A stretch of DNA of 64,000 nucleotides, taken from assembly GCA_017630735.1 (NCBI GenBank), contig JAGBUS010000099.1, forward strand, positions 19 through 64,018. Reading direction: 5' to 3'. Below are positions 8,438 through 16,608 of this stretch, piece by piece. Position numbers and translations under genes: made by a program. Position 1 is the stretch's first letter, and the number at the start of each line of letters is the position of its first letter. The notes beneath the pieces were generated by a model that made no database searches, was not told where the DNA came from, and saw only the letters and a list, made by a program, of their open reading frames with translations. The stretch comes from Alistipes sp. (GTDB lineage: Bacteria; Bacteroidota; Bacteroidia; Bacteroidales; Rikenellaceae).

Positions 8438-10792
8438 ATGAAGAGATTATTACTTTTTGCAGTCGTAGCAACGCTGTTTGCAGCCTGCACACAGGATATT
8501 GTCGTGGATGTCACAAATCCAACCATTGCCGATAATACTCCTGAAACCCTTGTTGTTGGCTTTGAGAACGACGATACCCGTATCCAGCTCAACGAGGCAC
8601 AGAAGACTGTCTGGACTAATGGCGACCTTGTGTCGGTTTTCTACCGTTCAGATGCTAACCAGAAGTGGCAGTACACAGGCGAGACTGGCGCACGCACAGC
8701 GGAGCTTACACGTGTTGATGCTGGCGAGGCTACCAAGGAAACGCAGAGAGTTGTCGTAGTATATCCTTACAACGCTAACTACTACTTCAACACTGAAACC
8801 TATAATGTACAAGCCTCACTTCCTGCCACACAGACCTACCTTGAGGATAGCTACGGTTTGAATGGCAATATTATGATTTCTCAGAGCGAGTACAACCAAT
8901 TCTCGCTTAAGAGCGTATGTGGCTGGCTTAAGTTGCAGCTTACAGGCGATGGCGAGAAGGTTAAGTCGATTACCTTGCGAGGTAACAATGGCGAGCAGGT
9001 TGCGGGCGAGTTGTATATCAACTCGGCTGATGCTACATCGATTCTTGCCTCGGATAGCGGTGCCTCGGACGACGATAGCGAGGCTGGCGGCTCACTTATT
9101 TTCGAAGACACCATCCTTACCGAGGTTACTCTCAACTGCGGCACGGGCGTAGAGCTCGGTGCAGAGGCTACAGCGTTTTATATCGCGCTTCCTTCGCAGA
9201 CATTTGAGAATGGTTTTACAGTAGAGATTGAGGCTATGGATGGACACATTATGGCCAAGTCAACTGATAAGACCCTCACCATCGAGCGCAACCATATCCA
9301 GCCGATGACGGCGTTTGACTTCGCGCCTTCGTATCCGTTATCAAACGAGATATTCTATACGGCCAGCGAGCAGGTTACGCCCACCAATCCCGAGGCCTTT
9401 GGCACAACGTTTATCTCGAGCAGTTGGGATGCCGAGACGGGAACAGGAGTGATGCTCTTCGAGGACGAACTAACCTACATCGGCGATTACGCCTTTGAGG
9501 GTAACGCAGCCCTACTCTCGGTTCTGCTCCCCAATAGCGTTACCGAGCTACGCAATTGTTGCTTCAGATATTGCAGCAACCTGACAAAGGCCGTAATTCC
9601 AGGCGAAATCACAGACTTCCACTCTGCGAGCTTTGAGCAATGCCACGCCCTGGTCACAATCAACTGCAGGTACTCTACCTCGGATCTTCGTCACGTCGTA
9701 ATGAATAACATCTACTTGGCATATGCCCCCGCAGGTGCTGAGGATTGCGTCATCCCCGACGGAGTAAAGCATGTTGAGTCATATGTATTCAGAGGCTCGA
9801 ATATCGCGAGTGTCGTAATCCCTGCGAGTGTCAATAAAATTGGAGAACAGGCGTTCTTGAAAAGTGCGAATCTGATGGCCGTCTATTGCAAGCCTACAAC
9901 ACCGCCAGCTATTAACGCAAGCCTTAACGGTGGCATATTTGATGGCAACGCCTCGGGTCGTAAGATCTACGTACCTAAGGAGTCGGTATGGGCATACAAG
10001 ACGGCTGAGCACTGGAGCGATTATGCCGATGCTATCGTCGGCTACGACTTTGAGAATGGTGAGATTGTAGAAGTGCAGCCAAACAACGAGATTTGGTACA
10101 CCGCTACCGTAAGGGTTGAGCCTAACAAAACCGATGCCTTCGGTGCAACGTATGTATCAAATGAGTGGGATAGCGAAACTGGTAAGGGTGTTATTACCTT
10201 TGAGGGTGAAGTAACAATGATTGGAGATAGATCATTCGATAGTTGCAGCAAACTCACAAGTGTAACTATTCCAAATGGCGTAAAAACGATTGGAGAGTAT
10301 GCATTCGCTGGTTGCGAAAGCCTTACAAGTGTTACTATTCCCGATAGCGTAACAACGATTGGATATTGTGCATTCATTTATTGCCGCGGTCTTAAAGAGT
10401 TTAAGGGTAAATTTGCTGCTGATGGTGGTCGTTGTTTGATTATAGATGGTGTACTAAATGCTTTTGCTATTGATTGTGGTGTTACCCAATATATTATCCC
10501 CGATAGCGTAACAACGATTAAAGGTAGTGCATTCGAAGATTGCGACAGCCTTACAAGTGTGACGATTCCCGATAGCGTAACGACAATTGGAGATCACGTA
10601 TTCTATGATTGTAGTAGTCTTAAAACAGTATACTGTATGCCTACAACACCTCCAAATGCAGCACCCGCCATGTTCGAAGGTAATGCTTCTGGACGCAAGA
10701 TATATGTTCCTATTGGCAGTGGAAATGCTTATAAGTATGCTTCCTCTTGGATTGCATATAAAGAATGCATCTTTGAGGATGCGTCATTGTAA
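8438..10792 (+). CDS. Lipoprotein: fimbrillin/Mfa-like domain + two BspA-type LRR modules
   Basis: Lipobox FAAC; N-domain paralogous to 6733-8109; NEIFYT and NEIWYT each open an LRR module with IPDSVTTIG..AF-type repeats. Confidence 0.85.
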   Translation: MKRLLLFAVVATLFAACTQDIVVDVTNPTIADNTPETLVVGFENDDTRIQLNEAQKTVWTNGDLVSVFYRSDANQKWQYTGETGARTAELTRVDAGEATKETQRVVVVYPYNANYYFNTETYNVQASLPATQTYLEDSYGLNGNIMISQSEYNQFSLKSVCGWLKLQLTGDGEKVKSITLRGNNGEQVAGELYINSADATSILASDSGASDDDSEAGGSLIFEDTILTEVTLNCGTGVELGAEATAFYIALPSQTFENGFTVEIEAMDGHIMAKSTDKTLTIERNHIQPMTAFDFAPSYPLSNEIFYTASEQVTPTNPEAFGTTFISSSWDAETGTGVMLFEDELTYIGDYAFEGNAALLSVLLPNSVTELRNCCFRYCSNLTKAVIPGEITDFHSASFEQCHALVTINCRYSTSDLRHVVMNNIYLAYAPAGAEDCVIPDGVKHVESYVFRGSNIASVVIPASVNKIGEQAFLKSANLMAVYCKPTTPPAINASLNGGIFDGNASGRKIYVPKESVWAYKTAEHWSDYADAIVGYDFENGEIVEVQPNNEIWYTATVRVEPNKTDAFGATYVSNEWDSETGKGVITFEGEVTMIGDRSFDSCSKLTSVTIPNGVKTIGEYAFAGCESLTSVTIPDSVTTIGYCAFIYCRGLKEFKGKFAADGGRCLIIDGVLNAFAIDCGVTQYIIPDSVTTIKGSAFEDCDSLTSVTIPDSVTTIGDHVFYDCSSLKTVYCMPTTPPNAAPAMFEGNASGRKIYVPIGSGNAYKYASSWIAYKECIFEDASL

Positions 10793-10813
10793 AATGTAGT
10801 TGATCCAAAAATG

Positions 10814-10921
10814 TAGCGCGAGTATCATAAAGGTACTCGCGCTATTTTTGTGTAATCATAGGGCGTCTCCCAACGGCATCCTGCGTTCCAGAAACAAATT
10901 CTGTAAAAACTACTAACCCAA
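10814..10921. repeat. Cassette-2 3' repeat: terminator hairpin + copy of the putative sRNA 3' end
   Basis: 10814-10901 matches 12843-12930 at 86/88 nt; 10885-10921 identical to 13221-13257. Confidence 0.85.
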
Positions 10922-11022
10922 GGGTTGTATAACTTTAATGATACACTTATAAATAATCACTAGCTATCTTTTGTTTATTGCTGATTATTTCATATATTTG
11001 TACAAACTATATAATTATCTTT

Positions 11023-11166
11023 ATGAAAAAAGTAATGCAGCCAATAAATATCTACCTCGCACCTGAAATAGACATACTCACCATTGCTGTCGAGGAAGGA
11101 TTCAGTGGTAGTAGTGGCCAACTCCCAGAATATGAAGAGGATGATGATGTGATAATAATTGGATAA
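11023..11166 (+). CDS. 47-aa micropeptide MKKVMQPINIYLAPEIDILTIAVEEGFSGSSGQLPEYEEDDDVIIIG
   Basis: Same Y-L-A-P-E...VE.GF..S motif and acidic tail; start revised from 10978 because the promoter lies at 10993-11000. Confidence 0.75.
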   Translation: MKKVMQPINIYLAPEIDILTIAVEEGFSGSSGQLPEYEEDDDVIIIG

Positions 11167-11180
11167 AATATAAAATACGT

Positions 11181-12815
11181 ATGAAAAGAGTATTATGGGT
11201 GGTGGCTGCAATAGTTGCATTCATCACATCGTGTGCGAAAAACAATGAGTCTGCAGATTTTCTTGTTGCACCATCTGAAGACTTTACAGCTATTTTGGGC
11301 GGCGATACACGTACAACGCTTGACGGTACTTCTGTCAAGTGGTGTGAGGATGACTTGCTTACAGTCTTCACAAAAACATCTCACAACCGCAAGTACGAAA
11401 TTAGCGAGTTGAGCGATGATCGTAGCTCTGCGACCTTTAGCTATGTTAGCTATACTGGTGTAGACAATACGCCCGTCACAGCAAACTATGCTCTCTACCC
11501 CTACGATGCCGAAGCAACCATCAGTGGTAATGTTATCACAACCACCATCGCTACAGAGCAGAGCTATGTTAAGAATAGCACTAATCTCTCGTATGCACTT
11601 ATGGTAGCCAAGAGTGACAACACTACCTTTACATTTGGTAATGCTGGTGCGCTAATACGCTTCAACATATCAAAGATTGTCCCCGATAGCTTTACATTGC
11701 AGTCTATCACCCTCACATCGACTGCCAATAAGCTCTCTGGCGAGGTTACTATCGATACATATGCTGATTGCAGAGCTGTTGTATCTTCTACGGGTAGTAA
11801 TAGTGTGACCCTTGCTAATATTGACACCGCTATCCCTGATGCTGGTCTATCATTCTATGTGGCGCTACCTGCAACAACCTTTGAGGCAGATGATCTCACT
11901 GCAACCATTACATTCAAGGAGGGAGTTAAGGAATTTGTACTTCCAGCCTTTGAACTTACACAGGGTAAGATAAAGACTATTTCATATTCTATCTCTGATG
12001 CAGATGACTTTACGGGTAATATTCCAGGCGAGGGAGAAGAAGATGATGAACCTGTTAATGAACCAAAACCTGCCAATAATGAGATTTGGTATACTACAAC
12101 ATCTGCAACTACAGTAAATGGAGTAGATCCAACTTACATAAATTTTGGAGCAACTATAATATCTAATACATATAATGAGGAAAATCAATGTTTTATAATA
12201 AAATTTGATAGCGATATAAAATATATCGGATATAAAGCTTTTTACGATTGCGACACACTTACTAGTATAACCCTGCCAGATAGTGTTACAAGTATTGGTC
12301 AACAGGCTTTCTGTTCATGTAGTAGCCTTAAAAGTGTTAATATTCCAGATAGTATAACTTCAATTGAGGCTGGAACATTTTTGGGTTGTGCTTTACAAAG
12401 TATCTCTATACCTAATAACGTGACAACTATCGGAGCAGAGGCATTTCAAAGTTGCAGCCCACTCAAAAGTGTGACTATCCCAGATAGTGTAACTGAGATT
12501 AGTGATAATGCATTTTGTAATTGCAAAAACATTACAAGTGTAAATATTGGTGAAAATGTAAAAAAGATGGGTAAAAGAGTTTTTTTAGATTGCTCCTCTC
12601 TTAAAACAATTAATTGTAGGTCTATAATTCCATCATCATTAGGTGAATATGTATTCTATAATAGCAAATATAATCCGAATACTGGAAAAACTACATATTC
12701 TCTCATTGGCTGTAATATATATGTTCCTGCATCTGATGATGATAGTGTTATAGATGCGTATAAGACAGCTGAAGGTTGGAGTAGCTACAAGAGTTACATC
12801 TTTGAAAATGAGTAA
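11181..12815 (+). CDS. Lipoprotein: fimbrillin/Mfa-like domain + BspA-type LRR
   Basis: Lipobox ITSC; DTRTTL, W...D...VF, YALYPY, FYVALPA; NEIWYT followed by LRR_5 repeats. Confidence 0.85.
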   Translation: MKRVLWVVAAIVAFITSCAKNNESADFLVAPSEDFTAILGGDTRTTLDGTSVKWCEDDLLTVFTKTSHNRKYEISELSDDRSSATFSYVSYTGVDNTPVTANYALYPYDAEATISGNVITTTIATEQSYVKNSTNLSYALMVAKSDNTTFTFGNAGALIRFNISKIVPDSFTLQSITLTSTANKLSGEVTIDTYADCRAVVSSTGSNSVTLANIDTAIPDAGLSFYVALPATTFEADDLTATITFKEGVKEFVLPAFELTQGKIKTISYSISDADDFTGNIPGEGEEDDEPVNEPKPANNEIWYTTTSATTVNGVDPTYINFGATIISNTYNEENQCFIIKFDSDIKYIGYKAFYDCDTLTSITLPDSVTSIGQQAFCSCSSLKSVNIPDSITSIEAGTFLGCALQSISIPNNVTTIGAEAFQSCSPLKSVTIPDSVTEISDNAFCNCKNITSVNIGENVKKMGKRVFLDCSSLKTINCRSIIPSSLGEYVFYNSKYNPNTGKTTYSLIGCNIYVPASDDDSVIDAYKTAEGWSSYKSYIFENE

Positions 12816-12930
12816 TCGCGGGGCGTAATTGCCTAAAAAGTTTAGCGCGGGTATCACAAAGGTACTCGCGCTATTTTTGTGTAATCATAGGGCGTCTCCC
12901 AACGGCATCCTGCGTTCCAGAAACAAATTC
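12810..12930. repeat. Cassette-3 3' repeat (terminator + degenerate sRNA 3' copy)
   Basis: Composite of the 8104-8167 and 10814-10901 repeats. Confidence 0.85.
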
Positions 12931-12987
12931 CATATACTACAATTGCGAAGCACCTCTTTTAAACTACTAACTCTCCTTAAGGTTTGA

Positions 12988-13147
12988 GCAGAGCAAGAGG
13001 AGGTGTGATGGTTTGGTGACGACGAATGCGTAGGCTGTGGGGTATCGTGCTGTGGGAGCTTGCTCACAAATAGCGACGATGCTTCACAGCCTAAATGTTG
13101 CATAGCAACGAACCAAACTATCATACATGGCTCGCAGACAACTCTGC
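12988..13147 (+). ncRNA. Candidate rod-shaped structured RNA (6S-like architecture)
   Basis: 13003-13017 pairs with 13112-13126 (15 bp, 2 G.U); 13031-13048 pairs with 13076-13093 (18 bp, 3 G.U); central bubble; apical GAG-CUUG-CUC hairpin; closing gcagag/ctctgc. Confidence 0.55.
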
Positions 13148-13182
13148 CACGCCGTGGGAGCAGTCATAGTTTTTACAGAAAT

Positions 13183-13310
13183 AAAAAACAGCAGGGAGGC
13201 GTCTCCCGACGGCTCCCTGTGTTCCAGAAACAAATTCTGTAAAAACTACTAACCCAAACTTAAATAAATGAAGAAACCTAACTACGTTGTCTCGTTGCCA
13301 ACGTAGCTGT
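13183..13310 (-). ncRNA. Candidate sigma54-dependent small RNA, ~128 nt
   Basis: -24/-12 promoter upstream, 5' hairpin (agctacgttg/caacgtagtt), U-rich GGGUUAGUAGUUUUU core, terminator cagggag..gtcgggagac..ctccctg + U-run. Confidence 0.6.
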
Positions 13311-13319
13311 TAGTTTAAC

Positions 13320-13336
13320 TTGCAAAACCTATACCA
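13320..13336 (-). promoter_or_regulatory. sigma54 (RpoN)-type -24/-12 promoter
   Basis: TGGTATAGGTTTTGCAA: GG-N10-GC spacing, close to TGGCAC-N5-TTGC. Confidence 0.65.
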
Positions 13337-13486
13337 TAAACGCGGCGCAAAGTGATATTATTGCACTAATTCTTCATTTTTTACGCTATTGGTCGTTTTT
13401 CATCACTATCACGCAAAAAGATAAAACAAACGAGGGTCACACAACAGTTGTTGTGCAGCCCTCGCATGTAATATTATCGTTGTATA

Positions 13487-14806
13487 CTACTCCTTACTAC
13501 CAAATTCTGCTATAGCATCAACCTCGGCAACAACGAAGTTGCTACCGCCGATAAATATAGTATCTGTAGCGAGAGCCAAGCAACGTGCGCGAGCCACAGC
13601 CTCCCATACTGTAGGCTGGCACTCATAATCAAGACCAAGCTCATCTGCCATAGCCGCGATATCCTCAATAGCGCGAGCGCGGTCGATGCTTGCCTTAGTA
13701 AAGATATAGTGTGCTCTCTTAGGAAGCAATAGCATAATCTTACCAAGATCCTTCTCCTTAGCAAATCCCATGACTGCGAAGATACGGTCAGTCTCCAAGG
13801 CGTCAAGCTGTGCAGCGACAAAGCGCATGCCATCGGCATTATGTCCTGTATCGCATACAGTATATGGCTCATTAGCAATTACCTGCCAGCGACCCATAAG
13901 ACCTGTATTTGCTGCAGCGCGCGCGATACCCTCTCGGAAGGCACGGCGCGAAATAGTTAGCGGTGTCTGCTCAGCAAGAAGATCTGCGGCAGCACATGCT
14001 GTGATGATATTATGTCGCTGATAGTCGCCCAAAAGGTCGATATCAAGCTCAAAAGTGCGATTATCACGTGTTCTAAGCACGCTGAAATGCTGGTTAAGGT
14101 CATCGAAATGCTCAACACCATTAAGTACAAACTCCTTCTCAGCATAGACAACCTTAGAGTGCAACTCCTCGGCACGCTGCTCAAAGACGCGGTTATACTC
14201 CTCGCTCGCCTGACCAATAACCACAGGAATACTCTTTTTAATGATACCTGCCTTCTCCGAAGCGATCTTTTCGATAGTATCTCCAAGGAACTCGGTATGC
14301 TCCATACCAATATTTGTTACCACGCTAAGGAGAGGGGTAATAAGGTTTGTTGCATCGAGGCGACCACCGAGACCTGTCTCGATAACTGCTACCTCAACAT
14401 CGCTCTGGTCGAAGTAGTCGAAAGCCATGGCAGCTGTCATCTCGAAGAACGATAGGTCGAGCTCCTGCATCTTTTCGCGATGCTTATCCACAAAATTCAC
14501 TACTCTCTGCTTAGGTATCATCTCACCATCAACGCGTATACGCTCGCGGAAATCTACGAGGTGTGGCGAGGTGAATAGTCCTGTGCGATAGCCTGCCTCG
14601 CGTAGTACGGATGCAAGGATATGTGATACAGAGCCTTTGCCATTAGTTCCTGCAACATGAATAGTGTAGTAGTTGCGCTGAGGGTTGCCCAAGTGCTGAC
14701 AAAAGGCTGCAATACGCTCTAATCCCGGCTTATAAGCATCGCCGCCAACACGCTGGAACGATGGCATCGCCGTAAATAGAAAATCGAGTGTCTGTGTATA
14801 GTTCAT
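13487..14806 (-). CDS. folC: Folylpolyglutamate synthase/dihydrofolate synthase
   Basis: HVAGTNGKGS, FTSPHL, ETGLGGRLDATN, EKAGIIK, DTGHN. Confidence 0.95.
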   Translation of the reverse strand: MNYTQTLDFLFTAMPSFQRVGGDAYKPGLERIAAFCQHLGNPQRNYYTIHVAGTNGKGSVSHILASVLREAGYRTGLFTSPHLVDFRERIRVDGEMIPKQRVVNFVDKHREKMQELDLSFFEMTAAMAFDYFDQSDVEVAVIETGLGGRLDATNLITPLLSVVTNIGMEHTEFLGDTIEKIASEKAGIIKKSIPVVIGQASEEYNRVFEQRAEELHSKVVYAEKEFVLNGVEHFDDLNQHFSVLRTRDNRTFELDIDLLGDYQRHNIITACAAADLLAEQTPLTISRRAFREGIARAAANTGLMGRWQVIANEPYTVCDTGHNADGMRFVAAQLDALETDRIFAVMGFAKEKDLGKIMLLLPKRAHYIFTKASIDRARAIEDIAAMADELGLDYECQPTVWEAVARARCLALATDTIFIGGSNFVVAEVDAIAEFGSKE

Positions 14807-14841
14807 AGTAAATATTAATATGATTTATGAGGTTCTAATCA

Positions 14842-16437
14842 TTAGTCAACCAGATGGTTGCGCTTACGTGTACGATAGGCAATATAATAGAGCAACGACA
14901 ATACCGCAATATAAGTTGCAATACGTGCTATCCAGTCACCATAGAGAGTATATATGGTCTTCTCGGTACGAAGCTCCAACTCCTCAGTTAGCACACCCTC
15001 ATCATCCCAAAGAAGACGCTCGCCTATAGTCTCTCCTGTAGGCGAAATAAATCCTGAAATACCTGTATTTGCTGAGCGAGCAATAGCTCGACGTGTCTCT
15101 ATAGCGCGTAGGCGACAAAAATCGAAGAGACGCTTATGTCCTGGTGTATTACCCCACCATCCATCATTCGAAACAATTGCCATAACCTCGGCACCCTCGC
15201 GCGCAAAGCCTGAGAAATAACCGCCATAGATACCCTCATAACATATTGAAGGTCCTATCTTCACACCGCTATTGGTAAATAGAGTATGTTCTCTACCCCA
15301 TCCGAGCTGTCCTGAGACACCTCCCAAGTCCACCTCGAATGTATCGAAAAAGCTCTTCAAAGGCACCGCCTCAACACCAATAACGAGCTTACCCTTATGA
15401 TAGATGCTCTCGGTCTGACCATCGCTATTTATCAGGAGCGCAGAGTTAAACTGGTCGTACCAGCCATAACCCTCATAGTAATGCGCCGTATCTGTAGCCT
15501 TAGCCTCACCATAGCGGATTCGTGTTGATGCACCAGTTATCAACTTTGTATTTGGATGGCTATCACCCTGGATATATTGCAATATAGACGCATAATATGG
15601 AAGGCTACTCTCCTCCACCGAGCCTATTCGAGGGAAGTAGGCGAGTGCCGACTCAGGCATAATAACAAACGTTGAACTCGCAGGCACCTCAGACATAAGC
15701 TCCACAACATCCTCCGTAGGGTCCATCTTACCCGCCGTGATACGCTCATCCTCGTAGCAAGGCACATTAGGCTGTATTACACTAATTTGCGTTGTTCGTC
15801 CCGAAGGAGTATAACACATTAAGAGAACGGCAGATACAACTATCGGAACAAATACGATTAATGCAGCACGCACCTTTGCCTCCGTTGTGCGAGAGCGTAG
15901 TATCTCAAATATTGCGACATTGGATGCCAACACCCACAACGTACCGCCGAAGATACCTGTATACTCATACCACTGCACTGCCCACGTATCATTTGAGAAG
16001 CCATGACCGAGAAGCAACCATGGGAATGTCATTACATCTGCTGAGTTATATGCCCACTCTGTTGCGAGCCATATCGACACGAGAAGTGTATATGCCAATG
16101 CGCGAGGTGCTCGTTTTGATGTATAATGATACGCCATCAAGGCACATAGGTTATAGAACGTTCCTACAATACCTGCTGTAATCGGTCCTATTGGCGTTGC
16201 TATCCACACCCACCATATAGTTGCGGCACTCCATAATAGGAATGTCAATGCTCCCCATCCACACATACGCCACCAATCGCGCGTTGAGTCAGATAGATTT
16301 TCACTTATAATCATCAGTGGCACAAGAGCAAAAAGGAGTGTTAGACCTGTTGCGCCAAGCCATCCTATACTAAGCAATACTACAGATAGTAGTACAAGTA
16401 GAAAGCGGTGAAGTGTTGAGTTCTGTTTCATCCCCAT
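14842..16437 (-). CDS. lnt: Apolipoprotein N-acyltransferase
   Basis: N-terminal TMs, FPWLLLG, QPN, nitrilase triad PES / YHKGKLV / ICYEG, SNDGWW, RAIETRR..RSANTGIS. Confidence 0.9.
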   Translation of the reverse strand: MGMKQNSTLHRFLLVLLSVVLLSIGWLGATGLTLLFALVPLMIISENLSDSTRDWWRMCGWGALTFLLWSAATIWWVWIATPIGPITAGIVGTFYNLCALMAYHYTSKRAPRALAYTLLVSIWLATEWAYNSADVMTFPWLLLGHGFSNDTWAVQWYEYTGIFGGTLWVLASNVAIFEILRSRTTEAKVRAALIVFVPIVVSAVLLMCYTPSGRTTQISVIQPNVPCYEDERITAGKMDPTEDVVELMSEVPASSTFVIMPESALAYFPRIGSVEESSLPYYASILQYIQGDSHPNTKLITGASTRIRYGEAKATDTAHYYEGYGWYDQFNSALLINSDGQTESIYHKGKLVIGVEAVPLKSFFDTFEVDLGGVSGQLGWGREHTLFTNSGVKIGPSICYEGIYGGYFSGFAREGAEVMAIVSNDGWWGNTPGHKRLFDFCRLRAIETRRAIARSANTGISGFISPTGETIGERLLWDDEGVLTEELELRTEKTIYTLYGDWIARIATYIAVLSLLYYIAYRTRKRNHLVD

Positions 16438-16608
16438 AAACTAATATGTTGCAAAATTAGTAAACATTCGATAAAAAGCAATTTCATTAGCATATATTCT
16501 CGACATATTATTTGAAATATAGAACAACAATATAGCTCTCTAATTTGGAGTATGGATATATTTTACATATCTTTGTATATTAATTGTAAGAACTTTGGCT
16601 TTTTCGAA

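Noticed and set aside
6733-12815. Diversity-generating retroelement acting on the variable LRR adhesins
   Set aside because: No reverse transcriptase and no template/variable repeat pair differing only at adenines was seen
12885-13242. ORFs 12885-13124(-) and 13060-13242(+) as proteins or type I toxins
   Set aside because: No hydrophobic helix or family motif; they overlap repeats and structured RNA candidates
8104-13257. CRISPR array suggested by recurring 37-88 bp repeats
   Set aside because: Copies are hundreds to thousands of bases apart, mostly with whole genes between them; no regular spacers and no cas genes
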